Source of the DNA: Prevotella sp.
GTDB taxonomy: Bacteria > Bacteroidota > Bacteroidia > Bacteroidales > Bacteroidaceae
DNA: 64,000 bases
Reading direction: 5' to 3'
Assembly: GCA_045602085.1 (NCBI GenBank)
Contig: JAZSAV010000039.1
Location: forward strand, 36,118-100,117
Shown here: one piece after another, positions 18,344 to 27,419 of the stretch
How the letters are laid out: every line of letters begins with the position of its first letter
Numbering within the stretch: the first letter of the stretch is position 1
Made by a program: the position numbers and the translations under genes
Notes under the pieces: generated by a model
Seen by the model: the letters and a program-made list of their open reading frames with translations, nothing else
What the model was told of the DNA's origin: nothing
The model's database searches: none

Positions 18344-19909
18344 TCACTTCTTCCTCCTCTCCTCCAAATATCCGTAGATGGTGAGGTTCTTGTCGGCAAG
18401 CGGAGTCTTGAAGCAACGGCTTGCGATGAAGCCTACCACCAATACTATAATGTGGCTATACACACCGAGCATCAATGTGTGGTGAGGGAAGTTGTATTCG
18501 CCCAGGTCGAGGAACAGGGTTCCGTCGTCGGCCTTTGTTGTGGTCAGCACGGCATAGGCGGTAAAGATGATGGCGCAGGCGATGCCGATATAGAGACCCT
18601 GCCAGTTGGCGCGGCGGTCGAACAAACCGAGCATGAAGATGCCCACGATGCCAGCCGAGAGAATGGCATAGAGGCCGAAGAGAGTGCCCAGCACGCCGTC
18701 GCCGCCCCAGCTCACGTAGAGCAGAGCCACACCAATACATGCAAATCCTACTACGAGCACCGACACACGGCCAGCAAACAGTTTCTCCTTGTCGCTTGCC
18801 TTAGGACGTATGCGTGAGTAATAATCCTCAACCACACAAGCCGAGATGCAGTTGATGTCAGAGTCGAGACTTGACACCGCACCAGCTATCAGAGCCGCTA
18901 TCACCAATCCTGTAAGACCCACTGGCATCTCTGTGGCAATGAAATATGGGAACACGTCGTCGTTGCGAATACCCTCAGGCAGAGCGCCGCTGTTCACCTG
19001 ATAGTAGGCGAAGAGGCAAGTGCCCACAAACATAAACAATGCCCATGCTGGCACGCTCATCAATATACCCATATACGAAGCCTTCTTAGCCGATTTGTCG
19101 CTCTTGGCGGTGAGGTAGCGCTGAACGATTGTCTGGTCGGTTCCATACTTCTGTATAGCATAGAAGATACCGTTGATTACCAGTACCCAGAACGTGCGCT
19201 GGCAGAAGTCCCAGTCGTAAGGTCCCACGTCAATCTTCTTGTGCTCAGCCGCAATGGCAAATATCTCAGATGGTCCTCCGTCGGTAAGGTAGAACAGCAA
19301 GCCGATGGCCATCAGGCCGCCTATGATGAGCAGGAATCCCTGTGCCACGTCCATCCAGATGATGGCTTCCATGCCGCCCAGATAGGTGAGCGCAATAACC
19401 ACGATGCCCACGAAGATGATAATCCACGCGATGGTTGTTGGGTCGTTATATCCAGTGAATATGGCCACGGCTGTACCCATGAGGAACATGATGGTACCCG
19501 ACTTGGCAAAGTGCTCAAGGATGAATGCCACCGAACTATAATAGCGTGCCAGCGAACCGAAACGGCGCTCGAAATACTCGTAGCAGCTCAGGCGAATCAT
19601 CTTGCGGTAGAGAGGCACGATATAGCCTATTACGAATACCAATACTACGGGCACCATCAATCCTTGCACCAATAGAATCCAGTTGCCGCCATAGGCAGCT
19701 CCAGGGTAGGCGAGGAACGTTACGCTACTGATGATTGTGGCAAACATCGACATACCGATGGCCCATGTAGGCACGGCGCCGTTAGCGGCGAAGTATGCCT
19801 GCGTTGAGTTTTGTTTCTTTGAGAAATACACGCCCACGCCTACGGCTGCGAGCACTGACACGATGATAATGGTGTAGTCGATCCAATGTAAAGATGTGTT
19901 TAGTTCCAT
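18344..19909 (-). CDS. Sodium:solute symporter (SSS)
   Basis: Multi-TM; SMFATIISSVTFLAYPG, YEYFERRF, DQTIVQRYL, SSLDSDIN. Confidence 0.92.
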   Translation of the reverse strand: MELNTSLHWIDYTIIIVSVLAAVGVGVYFSKKQNSTQAYFAANGAVPTWAIGMSMFATIISSVTFLAYPGAAYGGNWILLVQGLMVPVVLVFVIGYIVPLYRKMIRLSCYEYFERRFGSLARYYSSVAFILEHFAKSGTIMFLMGTAVAIFTGYNDPTTIAWIIIFVGIVVIALTYLGGMEAIIWMDVAQGFLLIIGGLMAIGLLFYLTDGGPSEIFAIAAEHKKIDVGPYDWDFCQRTFWVLVINGIFYAIQKYGTDQTIVQRYLTAKSDKSAKKASYMGILMSVPAWALFMFVGTCLFAYYQVNSGALPEGIRNDDVFPYFIATEMPVGLTGLVIAALIAGAVSSLDSDINCISACVVEDYYSRIRPKASDKEKLFAGRVSVLVVGFACIGVALLYVSWGGDGVLGTLFGLYAILSAGIVGIFMLGLFDRRANWQGLYIGIACAIIFTAYAVLTTTKADDGTLFLDLGEYNFPHHTLMLGVYSHIIVLVVGFIASRCFKTPLADKNLTIYGYLEERRKK

Positions 19910-20479
19910 AATAATTTATTTTTGAGCCCCCTCCTAACCTCCCCCTTGGGGGAGGAATTGGGGAGTAGGTTTTTTGAGTTTAGGAGTTTTTGAGTTTTTA
20001 GGAGTTTAGGAGTTTTTGAGTTTTTAGGAGTTTTGAGTTTTTGAGTTTTTAGGAGTTCGGGAGTTCAGGAGTTCAGGAGTTCAGACGATAGTTTGTCAAG
20101 CAATCCCTCATCTCTCATCCCTCATCCAAAATTTGGAGTGTAGGAGTAAAGGAGTGTAGGAGTGTAGACGTATGCTTGTCAAGCTAATCAAGTTCCTCCC
20201 TTTAGTAAGGGGAGGTTAGGTGGGGATTGTGAATCGTTCAATGCTCATCGCTCAACGTGCATCGTTTAGGTGTCCATCCCCCTCTGCCTCCCCCTTTCCA
20301 AAGGGGAGCACAGTATGCTTGGCAAGCAATCACTCATCCCTCATCCCAATTTAGGAGTTCAGACGATACCTTAAGCATTTGTCCTTTATCTTCCTCTATC
20401 TTCTTTGTAACTTCCTTTAACTCCTTTGTTTTTGATTATCAACTCCCCTCTCTCTGGGAGAGGGGCGGGGGTGAGGCCT
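19910..20479. repeat. Intra-operon spacer composed of modular short repeats
   Basis: GGAGTTTT/GGAGTTCA/GGAGTGTA runs, C/G-rich hairpins, CTATCTTC run. Confidence 0.85.
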
Positions 20480-21391
20480 TTAGCAATACTTCTCCACCAC
20501 CGCCTTGGCATCTCTCTTAATACGCTCCACGATGTCGTCGTTCAGAGTGGTGAGCGGAGGCAGCATGTAGTAGTCGCACAAGCCAGCCATGCTCATTATC
20601 ACCTTGAGTCCGCAGAGCGATTCGCCCAAAGTAAGACCGGCGGTGTTTATCTTGCCTATCTCTATGGTAAGCTGTTGCAGTTCCTCTGCCTTTGCCGTAT
20701 CGCCGTCGCGACCAGCCTCATAGAGTGCCTGATAGAGCTGCGGCACGTAGTTGCCCACGCTTGGCACGATGCCGTCGCCGCCCAGCGAAAGAGCCTTTGC
20801 CGAGTTGGCAGCACATCCGCAGAAGTAAGAGAAATCCTCGCGGTCGGCAAAGAGTTTCAGCGCCTCCTCTATGCGTGGCACGTTGTTCTCAGAGTCCTTC
20901 AAGCCCACGATGTTCGGGTGGTGGCTCAGGCGCTCTATGATGTCCATAGGTATGCTCATGTGCGTTGTTATGTCTATGTTGTAGAGCATCAGCGGCACGG
21001 TCAGCGCGTCTGCCATTGTCTTGTAGTAGTTGTACATCTGCTCAGGCTGTAGCTTGTAGTAGCAAGGCAGTGTGGCGGCAATCACGTCGGCTCCCGCCTC
21101 GATGAATTTCTTTGCCGTTTCCAGCTGTTCGCTCACGCAGTTGCCAGGCAATCCCACGTAGATGGTCACCCTGCCCTTTGCCGCACGCTTTGCCGCACTG
21201 ATCATCTCCACGCCTTGGCATGCAGAAACAGAGTTGCCCTCGCCCGTAGTTCCCATTATCAGAGGCGAAACGCTGTTGTTGGCAAAGTTCTCGATGATTC
21301 TCTCCACGGCGGCAACGTCTATCTTGCCCTCGCTGGTAACGGGTGTCACCATTGGCACCACCACGCCGTGGTATTTCTTTTCAGTCTTCAT
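20480..21391 (-). CDS. DHDPS/NanA-family class I aldolase
   Basis: GTTGEG, LYNI, catalytic Lys in VGLKDS. Confidence 0.9.
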   Translation of the reverse strand: MKTEKKYHGVVVPMVTPVTSEGKIDVAAVERIIENFANNSVSPLIMGTTGEGNSVSACQGVEMISAAKRAAKGRVTIYVGLPGNCVSEQLETAKKFIEAGADVIAATLPCYYKLQPEQMYNYYKTMADALTVPLMLYNIDITTHMSIPMDIIERLSHHPNIVGLKDSENNVPRIEEALKLFADREDFSYFCGCAANSAKALSLGGDGIVPSVGNYVPQLYQALYEAGRDGDTAKAEELQQLTIEIGKINTAGLTLGESLCGLKVIMSMAGLCDYYMLPPLTTLNDDIVERIKRDAKAVVEKYC

Positions 21392-21655
21392 AATTATAAT
21401 GTTTTAGTTTTGTTGTTATTTTCAGGTACAATTTTTCTTATTAAGACGTAAAAACCTTTATTTTGTAACCTTTTCGGCGAAAAATAATTGATTTTCACTT
21501 AAGATTTTTTAATTTTGCATGGTGTAATGAGTTGACAAGTAAACAAGTTGACGAGTAAACGAGTTAAATGCTGATAGGGCGAGCAAATCGTCAATATGTC
21601 AACTAACACAAGCAACTCGTCAACTTGTCAACTCGTCAACTAAAAAAATATAACC

Positions 21656-22444
21656 ATGCTCGGCACAATAGTAAACACATGTACGATAATAGTCGGTTCG
21701 GTGGTGGGCGCGCTGCTCAACCGCGGAATCAAGGAGAAATATAAGAACGTGCTCTACACCGGATTGGGACTTGCCTGTTTGGCTATTGGTCTTAACGCCA
21801 CAGTTACCAACCTGCCTAAGAGCCAGTATCCCGTACTCTTCATCGTGGCCATCTCCATTGGTGGCGTCATCGGTACAGCCCTCGATATTGACGGACGGTT
21901 TAAGAGAAGAGTTGACAAGTTGAGTCATTCAGTTGACGAGTTGACAAGAAGTTCCTTGAGTGAAACGAAAAAACAAGTTGACAAGTTGTGTGATTCAGTT
22001 GCAAATAACTCGTCAACTCGTCAACTCGTTGACTCGTCAACTAATAAAACCCTCGCCTCCGGCCTCAGCACCGCCGTACTCGTCTATTGCATAGGTCCCC
22101 TGTCTATGCTCGGTCCTGTGATAAGTGCGCTCAAGGGCGACAACACCTTTCTCTATACCAATGCCACGCTCGACCTCGTGTCGTCGGTTGTCTTTGCCTC
22201 GACCTACGGCATCGGCATGATACTTGCCGCCCCTGTGCTCTTCCTCTGGCAAGGACTGTTCTATCTTGTGGCATCACTCTCGAGTCAGGCAGTCAGCGAA
22301 GCCCTCATGGCAGAACTGCTCATCGTAGGCGGAATGATGATAACCGCCAGCGGCCTCTCGCTCCTCAACCTCAAGGATTGCAAGACGCTCAACTATCTGC
22401 CCGCTCTGCTCGTGCCAGTGGTTTGGTTCTTGGTGGTGGAGTGA
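21656..22444 (+). CDS. DUF554-family membrane protein with repeat-derived insert
   Basis: MLGTIVN..TIIVGS, YCIGPLS.LG, LD..SS.VFAS.YGIG, LP(A)L motifs. Confidence 0.85.
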   Translation: MLGTIVNTCTIIVGSVVGALLNRGIKEKYKNVLYTGLGLACLAIGLNATVTNLPKSQYPVLFIVAISIGGVIGTALDIDGRFKRRVDKLSHSVDELTRSSLSETKKQVDKLCDSVANNSSTRQLVDSSTNKTLASGLSTAVLVYCIGPLSMLGPVISALKGDNTFLYTNATLDLVSSVVFASTYGIGMILAAPVLFLWQGLFYLVASLSSQAVSEALMAELLIVGGMMITASGLSLLNLKDCKTLNYLPALLVPVVWFLVVE

Positions 22445-22751
22445 AGACCAGTGGATTGGAAGATTGAAAGATTGAAAAATTGAAGGATTGAAAAGGCATT
22501 CGTCCTCTAACTTCCTCAGCGAAGCGATAACTTCCTTTAACTCCACTGAGCATCGGCACCGAACTGGAGATAAGCAACAACCTCGTGTGGCCGTCCGACG
22601 GCATCAACAACCGCTTCTACGTCATCCCCACGCTGGCGGCAAAGTGGGAGTTCTGATATATGGAGTTAAAAGGAGATAGAAGAAGATAAAAGACGTTACC
22701 AAGAAGTATTGTCCTCTATCTCCCTCTATCTTCCTCTATCTTCCTTTAATC

Positions 22752-24937
22752 TTACCTAATAAACAACAGCTCGCGATATTTCGGCAGCGTCCAAAGGCCG
22801 TCTTCGATTATCATTTCGAGATTGTCTATTTCCAGTCGCATTGCCTGCATCTTCGTGTCCACGGTGTCGTGGTATGCGATGGCGCGCTCGCGTATGCTCT
22901 CTATTCGGTTGGCAAGTCGGCGTGCCTCGGTCAGTTCGTCGGTCAGTCGCTCAATGCTCTCCGTGCGCTCTGCTATCTCCTCAATGAGTTTCATGTTGCG
23001 TGCACTCAGTCGCTCAGCCTTGTCGGCAGGGAAGATGCTCTGCATGCTCTGTACGTTCTTGATGAGCTTGCTCTGGTAGTGTGTGGCCACTGGTATGATG
23101 TGGTTCATCGAGAGGTCGCCCATGACGCGCGCTTCTATCTGCACGGTCTTGACGTATGTTTCCCATTTCACCTCGTTGCGTGCCTCCAGTTCCTTGCGTG
23201 TCATCACCTTGGTGCTCTCGAACATGCTTACGGTTTGCTCGTCGAGGTAGTGCTCGAAGATTACGGGGCATGACTTCTCAACGTCAAGTCCTCGGCGTTC
23301 TGCCTCTACCACCCACTCGTCGCTGTAGCCGTTGCCGTCGAAGCGTATTGGCTTGCATGTCTTTACGTCCTGTCGCAGTATGTTTATGATGGCGCTAATC
23401 TTGTCTTCGCCATCGGCGATGCGTGCATCTACGCGCTGCTTGAAACTGGTCAGTGCCTCTGCCATGGCAGCATTGAGTGCTATCATGGCCGATGCGCAGT
23501 TGCCCTCGCTACCTGGTGCACGGAACTCGAATCTGTTGCCGGTGAAGGCGAACGGCGACGTGCGGTTGCGGTCGGTATTGTCGATGATGAGGTCGAGATT
23601 GCCCAGTTGCGACGTGCGCGGAGCAAGGTAAGAAAGGTCTTGGTATGAGAAATCTTCACGCTCCAGCAGTTCGAGCATGCCAGTAAGCTGCTTGCCAAGG
23701 AAGCTGGAGATGATGGCTGGCGGTGCCTCATGGCCTCCCAGTCGGTGGGCGTTGGTGGCACTCATGATGCTGGCCTTGAGAAGTCCGTTATGCTTATGGA
23801 CAGCCATCAGCGTTTCTACGATGAAGACTATGAAGCGGAGGTTCTCTTCGGGTGTCTTGCCTGGCGCGTGGAGCAAAGTGCCGTTGTTGGCAGAGAGGCT
23901 CCAGTTGTTGTGCTTGCCCGAACCGTTGATGCATCGAAGGGCTTTTCGTGGAGCAACACGCGGAAACTATGCTTGCGTGCCACTTTCTTCATCAGCGACA
24001 TGAGCAGCATGTTGTGGTCAACGGCGAGGTTGCACTCCTCGAAGATAGGTGCCAGCTCAAACTGGTTTGGCGCCACCTCGTTGTGACGTGTCTTGCAAGG
24101 TATGGCAAGTTCCAGCGCCTGCACCTCAAGGTCTTTCATGAACGCCTGCACGCGGTCGGGTATGGTGCCGAAGTAGTGGTCGTCCATCTGTTGGTTCTTG
24201 GCACTCTCATGCCCCATCAGCGTGCGACCGGTGAGCATGAGGTCGGGACGTGCAGAGTAGAGACCCTCGTCAACGAGGAAATACTCCTGTTCCCAACCGA
24301 GGTTACACTTTACGCGTGTCACGTTGTCGTAGAAATACTGGCATACTTCGGTGGCTGCCTTGTCAACGGCACGAAGGGCGCGAAGCAGAGGTGCCTTGTA
24401 GTCGAGCGACTCGCCCGTATAGCTTATGAAGATTGTTGGGATACAGAGGGTGTCGTCGATTATGAACACGGGTGAGGTGGGATCCCATGCCGAGTAACCG
24501 CGTGCTTCGAACGTGTTGCGAATGCCTCCATTTGGGAATGATGATGCGTCCGGTTCCTGCTGTACGAGCAGTTTGCCGCTGAACTTCTCCATCATTCCTC
24601 CCTTGCCGTCGTGTTCAACGAAGGCGTCGTGTTTCTCGGCGGTGCCTTCGGTCAGCGGCTGGAACCAGTGGGTGTAGTGGGTGACACCCATCTCCATTGC
24701 CCATTGTTTCATGCCTGCCGCCACAGCATCTGCTATCGAGCGGTCGAGGCGTGCGCCATTGTCTATGACGTCTATCAGTTGGTTGTAAACATCCACGGGC
24801 AGGTACTTGTACATCTTCTGTCGGTCGAAGACGTACTTTCCGAAATATTCTGATGGTCTTTCCTTTGGTGTCTCAACGTTGAGCGGGCGCTTCTTGAACG
24901 CCTCTTCTACTACTTGGAATCTTAAATTGCTTGACAT
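22752..24937 (-). pseudogene. glnA: Glutamine synthetase type III split by a 1-bp deletion near 23932 (pseudogene or sequencing error)
   Basis: THYTHWFQPLT, QQEPDASSF, EQEYFL, HNEVAP.QFE, DRNRTSPFAFTGNRFEFRA; expected HEKPFDGINGSGKHNNWS reads GAT-GC-ATC-AAC. Confidence 0.9.
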
Positions 24938-24960
24938 TGGTTTTCTTTTTCTTTTTTATA

Positions 24961-25183
24961 GGGTTTTCTAGGAACTTCTAGGATTTCCTAGGATTTTCTA
25001 GGATTTTCTAGGACTTTCTAGGACTTTCTAGGACTTTCTAGGACTTTCTAGGATTTTCTAGGATTTTCTAGGACTTTCTAGGACTTTCTAGGACTTTCTA
25101 GGATTTTCTAGGACTTTCTAGGACTCTCTAGGACTCTCTAGGACTCTCTAGGACTTTCTAGGACTCTCTAGGATTTTCTAGGG
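24961..25183. repeat. 10-bp tandem repeat, 22 copies of (T/C)TCTAGGA(C/T)T
   Basis: Exact 10-bp period; shorter copies at ~26190-26255 and ~27360-27420. Confidence 0.95.
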
Positions 25184-25220
25184 CTCCCTCTCCAAGGAGA
25201 GGGCGGGGGGAGAGGCTTTA

Positions 25221-26180
25221 TTAATCAATAAATCTCTTTGTTATCTCCTTATACTCATCTATGCGACGGTCGCGGAGGAATGGCCACCAGCGGCGTACCT
25301 GTTCGCAGCGCTCCATGTCGATGGTTACTACGGTGCGCTCTTCGGCATCATCTGGTGACTCATGGAGCAACTCTCCTTGTGGCCCTGCCACGAATGATGT
25401 GCCCCAGAAGTTTATGCGCTCTTCTTGTTGTAGGATGCTTGATTCAGAGTGTTTGATGCCTTCTTCGTTTTTGATAATTTGCCTTAGTTCATCAACTCGT
25501 CTTAAACCATTCTTTCCCTCAACGCCAACCCTGTTTACCGCAACCACGGGCAATCCGTTTGCCACGGCGTGACCGCGCTGAACCGTCTGCCATGCACGGC
25601 GTTGGCGTTGCTGTTCGTCGGGCGTGTCGTTATCGGCATAGCCGATGGCGGTAGGGTAGATGAGAATCTCCGCTCCTTGAAGAGCCATGAGGCGGGCAGC
25701 CTCGGGGTACCATTGATCCCAGCATACGAGCACTCCAAGACGACCTACTGACGTGTCGATTGGCTTGAAACTAAGATCGCCCGGTGTGAAGTAGAATTTC
25801 TCGTAGTAGGCAGGGTCATCGGGGATGTGCATCTTGCGATACTTGCCCGCTATGGTGCCGTCGCGCTCAATCACTACGGCTGTGTTATGGTAGAGGCCGG
25901 CGGCGCGGCGCTCAAAGAGAGAGGTTACGATGACCACATTCAGTTCCTTTGCCAGTTGCCCGAACAGTTCGGTGGAAGGTCCGGGAATGGGTTCGGCGAG
26001 GTCGAACGTATCGACATTCTCTTCCTGGCAGAAGTAGAGCGAGTTGTGCAGTTCTTGAAGCACTATGAGCTGTGCGCCTTTCGATGCCAGTTCTCTGCAT
26101 CCCTCTGTCAGTCGCTTTATGTTGTCGGCTATATCAGCCGTGTTGTGCTGTTGGATGAGGCCGATGTTTAGTTTTTTCAT
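25221..26180 (-). CDS. aguB: Carbon-nitrogen hydrolase, N-carbamoylputrescine amidase-like
   Basis: LQELH, YRKMHIPDDPAYYEKFYF, CWDQWYPE; adjacent to agmatine deiminase. Confidence 0.85.
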   Translation of the reverse strand: MKKLNIGLIQQHNTADIADNIKRLTEGCRELASKGAQLIVLQELHNSLYFCQEENVDTFDLAEPIPGPSTELFGQLAKELNVVIVTSLFERRAAGLYHNTAVVIERDGTIAGKYRKMHIPDDPAYYEKFYFTPGDLSFKPIDTSVGRLGVLVCWDQWYPEAARLMALQGAEILIYPTAIGYADNDTPDEQQRQRRAWQTVQRGHAVANGLPVVAVNRVGVEGKNGLRRVDELRQIIKNEEGIKHSESSILQQEERINFWGTSFVAGPQGELLHESPDDAEERTVVTIDMERCEQVRRWWPFLRDRRIDEYKEITKRFID

Positions 26181-26310
26181 TACTTCTTTTTCTAGGGGTT
26201 TTGGTGAGGCTCTAGGGCTATCTAGGATTCTCTAGGATTCTCTAGGACTTTCTATAGCTCCCTCTCCAAGGAGAGGGCGGGGGAGAGGCCTCAAGGACAT
26301 TCTATTTTTA

Positions 26311-27345
26311 CTATCTATAAAGTTGCATGGTGCAGCAGTGGAGCGAACCGTGCTGCTTGATGATGCTTCGGCAATCGATGCCAACCAACTCTAACCCTGG
26401 GAATGCCATGGCGAGGGCTTGGCGTGCCTCTTCGTCAAGGTCGGGTTGTGCGTATGTGGGGTAGAGCACGGCTCCGTTGATTACGAGGAAGTTGGCGTAT
26501 GTAGCAGGCAGGCGCTCGCCTCCGTCGTATATTGCTCTTGGCGAGGGTAGCGGTATGAGGCGGTAAGGTTTGCCCCCGTCGGTGAGCAGACATTTCAGTT
26601 GCTCCTCCATGAGGTGAAGTCCGTCATACTGCTCATCGTTACGGTCAGAGCATGCTACATATAATAAGGTGTCATTGGGTGCTACCCTTACCAGTGTGTC
26701 GATATGTCCGTCGGTGTCGTCGCCCATGAGGTTGCCATGGTCAATCCATACTATGCGTCGGGCGCAGAGCGATTGCTTGAGACGCTTCTCAATATCGGCT
26801 TGCGACAAGGGTTGGTTGCGGTTGGGCGCCATGAGACAGCCACTGGTGGTGAATACCGTTCCTTTGCCGTCGCTCTCAATGGCTCCGCCTTCGAGCACGA
26901 AATCCAACTCATCTGAATACTCTCCACCGAGCAATCCGGCATCGAACATCTGGCGGTTGATGGCATTGTCGTTTTCTGCTTTGAACTTTTCGCCCCAACC
27001 GTTGAAGCGGAAGTCGAGCAAGCGGCAACTGATGCCGTCGGAAGATACGAGCGTGATGAATCCGTGGTCGCGCGCCCAAGTGTCGTCCGTGTCGCACTTA
27101 AACAACGTTACCTTTGCCATTTGTTCATCGCTAAGCTTTTGTTTAAGCAACGCCGCAACCCTTTCAGGCTCCGGCGTTACTATGATAAGATGCTCGCGAA
27201 GGCTGATGGCGTCTGCCATATCAATGTATGTGTCATCAATCTCGCTGAGTATGTATTGCCAATCGGTGGCGGCATGTGGCCATGTCAGTTGCACAGCTGT
27301 CTGCCGCTCCCACTCGGCGGGCATTCTAAAGGTGTTGGTTGTCAT
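26311..27345 (-). CDS. aguA: Agmatine deiminase family protein
   Basis: MPAEW, WARDHG, FNGWG.K, EGGAIE.DG, DTDGHID, GSLHC.TMQ. Confidence 0.92.
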   Translation of the reverse strand: MTTNTFRMPAEWERQTAVQLTWPHAATDWQYILSEIDDTYIDMADAISLREHLIIVTPEPERVAALLKQKLSDEQMAKVTLFKCDTDDTWARDHGFITLVSSDGISCRLLDFRFNGWGEKFKAENDNAINRQMFDAGLLGGEYSDELDFVLEGGAIESDGKGTVFTTSGCLMAPNRNQPLSQADIEKRLKQSLCARRIVWIDHGNLMGDDTDGHIDTLVRVAPNDTLLYVACSDRNDEQYDGLHLMEEQLKCLLTDGGKPYRLIPLPSPRAIYDGGERLPATYANFLVINGAVLYPTYAQPDLDEEARQALAMAFPGLELVGIDCRSIIKQHGSLHCCTMQLYR

Positions 27346-27419
27346 TGTTTTTGTGAGGTTTTTTCTAGGATTTTCTAGGGGTCCTAGGATTTCCTAGGAC
27401 TTCCTAAGACTCCTAAGAA

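Noticed and set aside
20480-21391. Aldolase as lysine-pathway dapA
   Set aside because: It heads a sugar-acid transport and catabolism operon with no dap genes; not excluded without phylogeny
23590-23660. YLAPRTSQL segment in GS-III as another repeat-derived insert
   Set aside because: It looks divergent from what I recall, but no matching repeat copy was found in this window
24961-25183. Possible CRISPR or coding repeat
   Set aside because: Pure 10-bp tandem with no spacers and stops in all frames
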